The position numbers and the translations under genes are program-made. DNA of 64,000 nt. Source: Caldisericota bacterium. GTDB taxonomy: Bacteria > Caldisericota > Caldisericia > JAAYUI01. Below the pieces are notes generated by a model that was not told where the DNA came from, ran no database searches, and was given only the letters and a program-made list of their open reading frames with translations. Position 1 is the first letter of the stretch; each line of letters starts with the position of its first letter. Location of the stretch: positions 96,001-160,000 of the forward strand of contig JAKPMO010000004.1 of NCBI GenBank assembly GCA_029548865.1, read 5' to 3'. Below are positions 8,958 through 18,900 of this stretch, one piece after another.

Positions 8958-11726
8958 TTATGGCCGAATTTGTTTTGTGAGGATTATTGATTTTGTTGTG
9001 GCATCGTAAGTGACCTCAGCCCCGAATGCCTCAGCTATAAATCTGAATGGCACTGTTACTCTTCCGGATTTATGTGTTTCAGGAGGAGGTGATATTTTTA
9101 CACGTTTTCCGTTTACGATAGCCTCTGTTTTATTCACAACCATAGTTATTTTTATCTGACCATATTTTATCGAGATACTCTTGGTTTTCCCATCATAGTT
9201 GACCTCGGCCCCAAATGCATCTGCAATTGCCCTCAGTGGAACCATTGTTGTCCCACCTTTTATATAAGGTGGAGGATTAATTTGTACCTCAACTCCATCA
9301 ACCATCATTGTTTGACTGCCAACAGTGAGTTCCACTCTCTTTTCGGCAATGTTTATAATTATAACATCAGCCATTGTTTTGTTGCCTGATTCGTCGGTTA
9401 CTTCAATCTTGAATATATTTTTGCTTGGGGCCGGTTTTAGCGGGACAGTAATAGTAAATGTATTTGGGGCATTTTGTTTTCCATTTATTTCGATGCCACC
9501 AAAAATAGCTTTAGCGGTTACAGTTTCATTGGCACTACCCATAATTACATAGGAATCCTGATTTACTAGGTCCCCTATCTTATCGATTGTTATTTTGGGT
9601 GATGTAACATCTTTCACCATTTCAACTTTTACAGGCAGCTCTAGTTCACCCTTTGGCCATTTGACTATTACGATGCCAGTGTGTGTTTTACTTAGTGCGA
9701 GGCCATTCGTTGATATCTCAAATTCAAAAGTGGCTTCGTTGTCTGCCGGAATAATTATTTCTTCTACTGGAACTTTCAACCATGGCGTGGTGGACTTGCA
9801 GCTTATCTTATATTCCTTTTTTGCCTGGTTGATGATCTGGAAAGATTTTTTGATGTTCTCACCCTGCTTGACACCAGCCAGTTCAATTTCCTTTGGCGCA
9901 AGAAGTGGTGGTGGATTATATGTTTTTTGAGCCTGGATAGTGATTTCGCCTTCACCATAATTATATTCAAGCTCTGCTTTTTCGGTTACAAGTTGGTCCA
10001 TCTCAAGCGATTCAGGATTTGCTGTCGCTTTGATAGTTATTGTGTTTTCCGGGTCAATTTTCCCACTTGAAGGATCAAATGTAACCCACTTGCTTTTTGT
10101 AGTTATTTTGAATTTTGCTTCGTATGGTTCGGGGTTTTTAATTACGAATTCGATTGTACGCGTTGTGTCTTGTTCAACTTCGCCAAAATCCAATATTTCT
10201 GTAAATTCCAGTGGCTGTTTCATATAAACTTCAACATTTGTAGATGCAGAGAGTTTACCAATTGAGGCTGTAATAGTGCAATTCCCCTTTTCAGCTGGAA
10301 GGAAAACTCCAAATTGGTCGATTGTGCCATATTTTGGAGGATCAACTTTCCAAACCGGTTGCAAACCAATGATTTTTTTGCCATCCTGGTCAAGAACTGT
10401 TGCTTCAAATTGTATCTTTTCATTTACAAAAGCTGTTGGATTTTTTGGAGAAATATCAATTGAAGTTGGTTTTGGACCAGATTTCCCCTCGAAACAGATT
10501 ATGTTGTTGTCTGTAGTTGAAACAATGACCATGTTATCAAGCACAGCAGGTGGTGTTGGAACAGCTCCATTGGTCTCATATTTTGCAGCTATTTTGCCAG
10601 AAAGCTTGTTGATACAGTAAAGATTGTCATCATAGCACCCAATAAGAATGTATTTTCCAAAAATTGTAGGGGAACCAATTATTTTTTCTGGTAGTGTAAG
10701 GTTCCATTTTTCTTTTCCTGTTTCTATGTCAAGCCCGTACATTTTTGAGTCTACGCAACCAAAAAAAACTGAATTTGAATCTTGATCAACTGCAAAGCCA
10801 GAAAAGACATCATCTTGGGTTTTGAACTTCCAGAGAACTTTCCCTTTTTCCTGCTCGACACAAACTATTGTATTTGGTGTTGGTTTATCTTCATCATCAT
10901 TTGCAAAATAGTTTGTATTGGAACTTCTCTGATCTATTGACGCGATAATTTTATCTTTGTATGAAGAAATGTTTGCCAAACCTGTTCCACCATTGCCAAC
11001 AAATGAACTCCATATTTGGCGACCATTTGATGGGGACAGGCAATAGAGATTGTCCATTAGCACAAATAATTTATTGTTAGAAATGATTGGGGATGAATAG
11101 GAATAATAGTTTGAACTGCTTGTAATTTTATCAAGCCAGAGTTTTCCTCCTGACATGGAAAAACATGCTATTTTTCCAAGGCCAAAAGTTGTGTATATCT
11201 TGTCGTCGTAAATTGTTGGTTTCGGGGAGTAAATGATTGTTTGCATTACCTCTGAGATGTCGACATCATAGCTCCATAAGGGCATGCCGCTTTTTGTTGA
11301 AAGACATTTCATGCCCATAGCATCGCCATAAAAGATTTTCTCGCCTGAAATTGCCATTTGAGAAAACAACATTGGAAGATCCAGTTGTCTTGACCATATA
11401 ATTTTGCCATCAGTTGATCTCAGGCAATGCATCATTGTTTTTTTGAAATCGAGATCTTCTGTAATGGTGTAGATTTTTCCTTTAGCAGTCACTAGTGATT
11501 CTATACCAATAAAATCTGATTCTGGTATCTTGGATTCCCATTTTTTCTTCAGAAGTGAAACATCTTCAATGCAATGATCTTGAGCAACACCTGAATGTTC
11601 TTCATCTCCACCAAACATTGGATAAATGCAGCTGTTATTGTCATCATCATCTTCTGCGGTTATCATCGGCGGTGTGATTGAGCAAAAGACCACCAGTGAA
11701 ATCAAAATAGCGATAGTTTTTTTCAT
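8958..11726 (-). CDS. Secreted PQQ-like (BamB-type) beta-propeller protein with Ig/BACON-like domains and C-terminal CAO-N domain
   Basis: Signal peptide from MKKTIAIL (start moved to 11726, with GAGGG upstream); propeller repeats (GLDIETGKEKWN, CLSTKSGMPLWS); Ig-like domains; CAO-N motif PPYIKGGTTMVPLRAIA. Confidence 0.82.
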   Translation of the reverse strand: MKKTIAILISLVVFCSITPPMITAEDDDDNNSCIYPMFGGDEEHSGVAQDHCIEDVSLLKKKWESKIPESDFIGIESLVTAKGKIYTITEDLDFKKTMMHCLRSTDGKIIWSRQLDLPMLFSQMAISGEKIFYGDAMGMKCLSTKSGMPLWSYDVDISEVMQTIIYSPKPTIYDDKIYTTFGLGKIACFSMSGGKLWLDKITSSSNYYSYSSPIISNNKLFVLMDNLYCLSPSNGRQIWSSFVGNGGTGLANISSYKDKIIASIDQRSSNTNYFANDDEDKPTPNTIVCVEQEKGKVLWKFKTQDDVFSGFAVDQDSNSVFFGCVDSKMYGLDIETGKEKWNLTLPEKIIGSPTIFGKYILIGCYDDNLYCINKLSGKIAAKYETNGAVPTPPAVLDNMVIVSTTDNNIICFEGKSGPKPTSIDISPKNPTAFVNEKIQFEATVLDQDGKKIIGLQPVWKVDPPKYGTIDQFGVFLPAEKGNCTITASIGKLSASTNVEVYMKQPLEFTEILDFGEVEQDTTRTIEFVIKNPEPYEAKFKITTKSKWVTFDPSSGKIDPENTITIKATANPESLEMDQLVTEKAELEYNYGEGEITIQAQKTYNPPPLLAPKEIELAGVKQGENIKKSFQIINQAKKEYKISCKSTTPWLKVPVEEIIIPADNEATFEFEISTNGLALSKTHTGIVIVKWPKGELELPVKVEMVKDVTSPKITIDKIGDLVNQDSYVIMGSANETVTAKAIFGGIEINGKQNAPNTFTITVPLKPAPSKNIFKIEVTDESGNKTMADVIIINIAEKRVELTVGSQTMMVDGVEVQINPPPYIKGGTTMVPLRAIADAFGAEVNYDGKTKSISIKYGQIKITMVVNKTEAIVNGKRVKISPPPETHKSGRVTVPFRFIAEAFGAEVTYDATTKSIILTKQIRP

Positions 11727-11737
11727 TCTGCCCTCCC

Positions 11738-14700
11738 TCATGGCATTTTGTCCATGTTAAGTGTTATTGTTTTTGTTTTTGGGTCCCATTCCACCTGCGC
11801 GCCAAGCGCTTCAGCAATAAATCTAAACGGGACCATTGTCTTCCCGTTGTAGATAATTGCTGGTGGTTTTATCAATTTGGTCTCTCCATCAACGATTGCA
11901 GTCTGGGAGCCAATAAATATGATTATCTTTCTTCCATCAAGTGTTATTGTGACAGAGTTGGTATCTTTGTTAAATTCTGTTGTAGCGTCAAAAGCATCGG
12001 CGATTGCTCTTACAGGTACCATTGTTGCCCCACGAAGTATAGTTGGTGGTGGGTTTATGGCCACTGATTTCCCATTTACGGTCATAGTTGCCACTCCGAC
12101 AGTCATGACAACCTTTCTTCTTTTTATGTTTACAATAAGCACTTCTTTGACTGTTTTATTGCCTGATTTGTCAGTACTTTCAATGATTATTGTTTTTTTA
12201 GAAGGTGCTTGGACAACTTTTATTTTTGCGCTGAACTGGGTTCCAGTGAGTTTTGCCTGAATCCCATCCACAATCACAGAGCAGCCTTTTTCTGTTTCTC
12301 CGGTAATTTCTGCTTCTGTTGCGTTATATATCGTTATGGTATCGGAAATTCTGATTTGTGGAGGCGTTTTGTCTGGCAGGGCATTGACTTTTACGGGTAC
12401 CTCGACATTTCCAAGGGGCCAATCAAACATGACTAGTCCATTGTATGTTTTGTTCCCTTCAAATTCCCAAGTTTCGATAGTTATTGTAACCGACCCATCC
12501 TTGCCAGATTTGATTGCTACACTTTCAGGGCTGTATTTGATCCAGTTAGCACTGGAAGAAATGGCCATTTGAACATCGTTTTTTGTGTTGTTTGATATTA
12601 TGATCGTTCTAGACTGTATTTGCGAAACTTGGATGTCCCCAATATCAATTTCTGTTCTTGAGAATGATATTCCCTTGCCTACCACTTTCACCTTGATGTC
12701 TTTTTTGTCATCTCCCCAATCAAGATTCAGTTTTCCTGTTAACCAGGCGCCATCAGGCAGTTTATCTGGCACAGTCCTGATTTTTAGAGTGTATGTTTCA
12801 CCTTTCTGGATATGAACACTTGGCAGCGAGCATTCAAACCACTCGTCGCTCTCACTAATTCTAATATCAATTGAGGTGCAAGACTGGTTTTTTACCTTTA
12901 GCTCCAGGGTTTTTTCTACACCAGGCTCGACCGTACCAAAGTCAATTTCGTCCGAACATTCAGGTGGTATTTTCCCTACAACTTCTATGTCAAGATTTGC
13001 TTCAAGTTTTTCTGTGCGGCATATTATTTTGCATTTGCCGATACTTGTTGCTTTGAGGACACCCTTATCGCTTATTGTAACAATCCCTTCTGGTTCTGAC
13101 GCCCAGGATACTGGATAACCTCTCATCTGATTATCTTTTGCATCCAGTACTGCGCCTTCAAGCTGAACTGTTTGTTCCAGCTCTACTTTTTCTCCAATAT
13201 TCCTGATTTCAAGTTTTGTTGGAACTGCATTTTCATCGTTATTTAAACAATAAACGATTCCTTCGTCGTCGACTGCATAAAGGTCTCCATTTACAAGGAT
13301 TACACCACTTGTGATGGGCGCTTTTGTTGGAACTGTCCATACCAAGGAACCAGCGTTTTTGTCGATGCAGAATATTTTTAAAGCTGTGTTGCCAAAAAAG
13401 AGTTTGTCGCCGCTTAAAACTGGCGTTGCTGATATTATGCCCTCGGAGTTAAAAATCCATTTCCTTGTACCTTTTTTTGCATCAAGGCAGTACATGAAAC
13501 CATCACTGCACCCAAAATACACAAATTCACCGTCTGAGATGATACTTGAGTGAATTTTCCCCTCAATTTTTGAGGACCATACATTTTTCCCAGATACTAG
13601 ATCAATGCAATTAACGAATGTTTGTTCTGATGCACCTATGTTGTTAGTAGATGCAATAGAGGTAACAATAAAAATATTGCCATTACTTATTGATGGAGAA
13701 TTTGTTGGTTTTCCACTAAGGGATGATTCCCAGATTATTAATCCTGTGCTGGATTCAATGCAATATAACTTGCTGGCTGATACAGCGTACACTTTCCCTT
13801 TGTCATATGCTGGATATGCGGATACACTTTCTCCTAGTGGAGTAGACCAGATTTTTTCTCCTGTATCGGAGGCAACACTATATAGATTCCCATCGCTGGC
13901 TGTGAAGAATATCCTGCCCGGTCTACTTATGGGTTTAATATTTACTTTACTATTTTTATCTGCGTCTATTTTGAAGCTCCATCGTTCTTTTCCGGTTTCC
14001 ACACTCATCGAATATAGTTCGTAGCTGGAACCAAAGAGGATATTGCCACCTTCAATAGAGGCCGAACCCTCATTTGTTGATTCCATGGATTCATTCCAGA
14101 GTTTTTCACCGCTTGATCTTTTCAAACAGAACAATTTTCCATAGTGATTCGAATTAGCGAGTGCGACAAAAATTTTTGACTGGTCAGAAAGTAGCGAATA
14201 GTTTGATTCACCAGCTTTTAATGCTGTTATCCAGGCTTTTTTCAAGTAATTTGATGTCGGTGCACATTTGGGGTCGCAAGTGAAGCTGTGAGTGGATGTT
14301 TTGCCAAAATTCTTCCATTCACATGAATTTGGATCCTCTTCTGATCCTGACAGTGTGTATGCCATCAATTCAACGCTGGCTTCCAAAGATCCAGAACTTA
14401 TTGTGATTTTACCTTTATAAATGCCACTTTGGGCCATTTTATCAGGAATCAGGGAAACTTTGATTTTCCCATCCTGACGCCCGTTAAGCGATATCTTTGT
14501 TTTATCTATCCTTATCCAATCACCATTTGTTATGGTGACTTTGAATTCTTGTTGGGATTGTTGGTTGTTTCTGACATTAATTTCTCTTTCCAGCTTTTGG
14601 CCAGATGTGATTTCGCCAAAATCAATAATGTGCTGATTGACGATTGATTCAGTATAACAGTGCAAAGTTCCATCGGCTTCTCCAACAACTACCATATTAT

Positions 14701-15856
14701 TGGAAATTGAGAAAGAACTACCCGCGTATGAATCCAAACTAGCTTGCCATAGTGTTGCACCTGTTTCGAGATCAAGTGCGTATGCTATTCCTTTGCCAAA
14801 AGTCAGATACACAATTCCATTTGAGATAGCAGGGTCTGTTGTGCTACCAATATCAGCAAATTTTTTCCATATTATTTTCCCTGATGCGATGTCGATGCCA
14901 TATATGCTGCAATCCGATGATCCATCCTTTATGTTCTGCTGTTCTGGGTCCATTGTGCCAATGACCAACATATTTCCTGATATTCCCGGAGTGCTCGCGA
15001 TTGGATGATCAAGTTTGATCATCCAGACTTCATTTCCGGTATTTGCATCAACACAATACAACTGTCCTTTAGAATTTCCAAAATAAATCTTCGCATCTTT
15101 GTGGGCCGAGCTTGCAATAAAATCATTATCTGATTGGCCGTATGTTTTTTTCCAGACGATAGCTCCATTTTCCTGGTTTAAACAATAAATTGTTCCATCA
15201 GATGCGCCTATATATAATTTCCCATTGGAGCAGACCGGTGAAGATGAATAAATCATAGCTCCTATTTTTGTCTTCCATTTCATTGCCCCTGATGTGGCAT
15301 CAAGGCAGTAAATGAAATTGTTTTCATCAAATGTACCGAAAAAAACACTCGATCCAACCACAACTGGTGAACACATGACAGGGCATTTTGTATCAAATTT
15401 CCAGAGCTCTTTGCCATCGAGTGCATTGAAGCAATAAAATTTGCATCCACGAAACAACTCTTCAGATGGTTTATAACCTGCGAAACAGCCGGAGTAAACT
15501 TTCCCGCCATAGACAGCAGGAGCACAATAGTTTCCATAACCACTCATCCTTGCTTTCCACATTTCTTTTCCAGTTGTAAGATCGATGCAGTGCAAACTGG
15601 CATTTGGAGTGCTTCTCGCATGATCACAAAAAAATACCTTTCCATTAGATATGACAGCTGGAGAATCTATTCTTCCATTCGCAGTAAAAGTCCAAAGCTC
15701 TCTAAGTTCCGCAGAGCCTGGGCCACATGATGAATAGCCTTGTGATTCAGCTGTACCATGAAAGAAATTCCAGTCGCAATCATCAATTGCAATAGCGGTG
15801 GTCAGTGTTGTTATAAGAAAAATAGTTATTATTGCCAAAAATATCGTCCTCTTCAT
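11738..15856 (-). CDS. Secreted double PQQ-like beta-propeller protein with Ig/BACON-like domains and C-terminal CAO-N domain
   Basis: Signal peptide; two sets of [CA]LD..tG...W repeats; Ig-like domains; C-terminal PPTILRGATMVPVRAIA and GKTMVPFRFIAEALGA. Paralogous to 8958..11726. Confidence 0.85.
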   Translation of the reverse strand: MKRTIFLAIITIFLITTLTTAIAIDDCDWNFFHGTAESQGYSSCGPGSAELRELWTFTANGRIDSPAVISNGKVFFCDHARSTPNASLHCIDLTTGKEMWKARMSGYGNYCAPAVYGGKVYSGCFAGYKPSEELFRGCKFYCFNALDGKELWKFDTKCPVMCSPVVVGSSVFFGTFDENNFIYCLDATSGAMKWKTKIGAMIYSSSPVCSNGKLYIGASDGTIYCLNQENGAIVWKKTYGQSDNDFIASSAHKDAKIYFGNSKGQLYCVDANTGNEVWMIKLDHPIASTPGISGNMLVIGTMDPEQQNIKDGSSDCSIYGIDIASGKIIWKKFADIGSTTDPAISNGIVYLTFGKGIAYALDLETGATLWQASLDSYAGSSFSISNNMVVVGEADGTLHCYTESIVNQHIIDFGEITSGQKLEREINVRNNQQSQQEFKVTITNGDWIRIDKTKISLNGRQDGKIKVSLIPDKMAQSGIYKGKITISSGSLEASVELMAYTLSGSEEDPNSCEWKNFGKTSTHSFTCDPKCAPTSNYLKKAWITALKAGESNYSLLSDQSKIFVALANSNHYGKLFCLKRSSGEKLWNESMESTNEGSASIEGGNILFGSSYELYSMSVETGKERWSFKIDADKNSKVNIKPISRPGRIFFTASDGNLYSVASDTGEKIWSTPLGESVSAYPAYDKGKVYAVSASKLYCIESSTGLIIWESSLSGKPTNSPSISNGNIFIVTSIASTNNIGASEQTFVNCIDLVSGKNVWSSKIEGKIHSSIISDGEFVYFGCSDGFMYCLDAKKGTRKWIFNSEGIISATPVLSGDKLFFGNTALKIFCIDKNAGSLVWTVPTKAPITSGVILVNGDLYAVDDEGIVYCLNNDENAVPTKLEIRNIGEKVELEQTVQLEGAVLDAKDNQMRGYPVSWASEPEGIVTISDKGVLKATSIGKCKIICRTEKLEANLDIEVVGKIPPECSDEIDFGTVEPGVEKTLELKVKNQSCTSIDIRISESDEWFECSLPSVHIQKGETYTLKIRTVPDKLPDGAWLTGKLNLDWGDDKKDIKVKVVGKGISFSRTEIDIGDIQVSQIQSRTIIISNNTKNDVQMAISSSANWIKYSPESVAIKSGKDGSVTITIETWEFEGNKTYNGLVMFDWPLGNVEVPVKVNALPDKTPPQIRISDTITIYNATEAEITGETEKGCSVIVDGIQAKLTGTQFSAKIKVVQAPSKKTIIIESTDKSGNKTVKEVLIVNIKRRKVVMTVGVATMTVNGKSVAINPPPTILRGATMVPVRAIADAFDATTEFNKDTNSVTITLDGRKIIIFIGSQTAIVDGETKLIKPPAIIYNGKTMVPFRFIAEALGAQVEWDPKTKTITLNMDKMP

Positions 15857-15882
15857 ATTTGTCCCTCCTATGGCAACAAGTT

Positions 15883-15910
15883 ATTGTAAATAATAAAATT
15901 TAAATTTCAA
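15883..15910 (-). promoter_or_regulatory. Putative sigma70 promoter of the PQQ-propeller gene pair
   Basis: TTGAAA-16-TACAAT upstream of an AGGAGG RBS. Confidence 0.5.
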
Positions 15911-15944
15911 CAACCCAGTCCGAACCATTATAGGCCGTAAAATA

Positions 15945-15974
15945 AAAAAGGCGACCCTATAGGGTCGCCTTTTT
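15945..15974 (-). terminator. Intrinsic terminator after rpoC (perfect 30-bp palindrome)
   Basis: AAAAAGGCGACCCTATAGGGTCGCCTTTTT, about 20 bp downstream of the rpoC stop. Confidence 0.88.
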
Positions 15975-15995
15975 GTAAATTTTTGTTTACGAAAG

Positions 15996-18900
15996 TTAAT
16001 CCTGCTGTTTGGGTGGTGCAGTTTCCTGATCCGTTGTGAAAGGAGTTTCCTCCTTTGTTTCCACAACCATGTCAAGATAGCATGGGGTTCCTGTGCCTGC
16101 AGGTATGAGTTGTCCTACAATGACTGCTTCTTTGAGGCCGTGTATCGGGTCTATCTTGCCTTTTACAGCTGCTTCAGCAAGAACCCTTGGTGTTTCCTGG
16201 AACGAAGCTGCAGAGAGGAATGATTCGGATGTGATAGCTGATTTGGTGACCCTTTGAAGTATTGGTTCGAATGTTGCAGGTTTTTTGTTTTGTGCAATCA
16301 GATATCTGTTTTCTTCCTCAATTTCCTGCTTGTCGGCAGTTTCACCAGGCAAGAATCTTGAATCTCCCGAATCTTTGATTTTTATTCTGCGGAGGAGCTG
16401 TCTGATGATTATTTCGACATGCTTATCGTTTATGTCTACACCCTGTGATTTATAGACTTTTTGAATTGCTTCGATCAGATAAGACTGGGTGGCCATTACA
16501 CCTTTAATTCTCAATAGTTCGTGTGGATTGAGTGAGCCTTCGGTTATTGGCGTTCCTGCCTCTACTTCCTCATTGTTTTGAACAAGAAGCTGGCTTGTGT
16601 ATGGCACTTCGTATGTTTTTTGGGCACCGTCTTTGGAGGTTACAATAACATTGAGCATATCCTTGCCCTGATCGATTGTTATCTTGCCGGATATTTCAGT
16701 GACAGGAGCTTCTCCCTTTGGCTTCCTTGCTTCAAAAAGCTCCTCGACCCTTGGAAGACCGGTGGTGATGTCGGCCGAAGCGACGCCTCCGGTGTGGAAT
16801 GTCTGGAGTGTGAGCTGTGTGCCTGGTTCTCCGATTGATTGGGCGGCGACGATTCCAACTGCTTCGCCAACATTCACAAGGTTTCCGGAGGATAAGTCTC
16901 TGCCGTAGCAAAGAGCGCATACACCTTCGGTGCTCTGGCAAGTAAGTGGTGAACGCATTCTGACTTGTGCTATTCCAGCATCATTGATCTCTTCGACTGC
17001 CTTTTCATCAACCATCTGGCCTGCCTTGACGATTGCCCATGGCTCGCCAGTTGCAACAGCAATCTTTTCGAAATCAAGATTCTTTGCTGTTTTAAGCATT
17101 TGCTTGGTTATTTTGGACCCACGTTCATAATGAATCTTACCACGTTTGACGATGTCATGGGCTAAAATCCCGCCAACAACTGATTCATCATCAACTGGCA
17201 CTGTTTTTGAAGGATAACCAAGGATATCTTCGATTGCTATTCTGCCTATTATTCTGTCGCCAAGCTGTTCAACGATTGTTTTGTCGTCATAGAGGGCTGT
17301 GTAAACAACGCCATCAATGGATGTTTTGACCTTTGCAATCTTGATGTTCGCTTCGTCCATCAGCTGGGCTTTTTTCCATGTGATTGTTTGCCCCGCACTG
17401 ATGATTACTTCACCAGTTTCAGGATTGACGATATCTTCTATGGCAATTTTCCCGACAGCCTGTTTTGAAATGGGTTTTACAACCTTGTTGGCGATGATTA
17501 TTGGATAAATTTCTGTCTGGGAGCAATCATATTCCCTGACTATGATGTCGTGCGAAACATCAACAAGACGCCTTGTAAGATAACCAGAGTCTGATGTCCT
17601 TAGAGCGGTGTCTGCGAGACCTTTTCTGGAACCGTGGGTTGACATGAAGTATTCAAGAACCGTAAGGCCTTCTCTGAGGTTGGATTTAATTGGAAACTCG
17701 ATGATTTTATTGGTAGGGTCGGTCATAAGTCCCCTCATTCCGACCATCTGATTGATCTGCTTAGGTGATCCTCTTGCTCCCGAGTTTGCCATCATGTGGA
17801 CCGAATCAAACTTGCCGAAGTTGGCAAAAACAGCGCCCTTGATGTCATCAGTTGCACCAGTCCAGAGTGTTACTATTGCTTGATATCTTTCGTTGTCAGA
17901 AATAAGACCGTTGTCAAAATATTCTGTTATTTTATCTACTTCTTTTTCTGCTTTCTTGATGATTTCATTTCTTTGTGGTGGGATTTTCATATCTGTCAGG
18001 GCGATTGTTACACCGGCCTGGGTCGACATTTCATATCCGATGTCCTTGATGATGTCGAGCAATTCTGCGGTTATTGCAGGTCCATTGAGTCTGAAACACT
18101 CTGAAATGTGCTTCTGGATCATCTTGACTGCCATCAGTTCATTGAAGAATGGAAGGTTCCATTTTGTTGGGGCTTTGTCGCCAGCCATCTCAGCAACGGC
18201 TGCCCTATGGGTAATGCTCTTTTCAAGGGCTTCTCTGATCCTGCCATTGTAGATGACTCTTCCAACTGATGTTTTTATCTCAAGGCCCTTGAGGTCTTTG
18301 ACTTGGACGGTTTTACCCTTTTGGAAGAGGCTTTCACCCTTTGGAATCCTGAAGTTGATTTTGTCATGAAGGCTTACAAGGCCAGCATTCAGTGCAGCAT
18401 TTACCTCATAATAGCTGTCATAAACTTTCTTCTCATGATAGGTATCATTTTCCAGGGAGATGTAGTAGCAACCTAAAACGATGTCTTGGATTGGTTTGAT
18501 GATCGGCTGTCCAGAGGCTGGCGAAAGAATCGAGCGCGATGAAAGCATCAACAATCTTGATTCCATCTGTGCCGCAATGGTCAGAGGAACATGAACTGCC
18601 ATCTGGTCACCGTCGAAGTCAGCGTTGAATGGCGGGCAGACGAGAGGTGGTATCTGGAGTGCTTTGCCTTCAACAAGGATTGGGTCAAATGCTTCAATGC
18701 CCAGCCTGTGAAGTGTTGGAGCGCGATTTAGAAGCACCGGGTGACCTTTGACGACCTCTGATAGGATTCTGTAAACCTCTGGATGTTGCTGCTCGATTAG
18801 AGACCTTGCCTGTCTGAGACTCTGGGTGAAGCCAGTTCTGACAAGACCTTCCATCACGAATGGCTTGAAGAGTTCGAGGGCCATTTCTTTTGGAAGCCCG

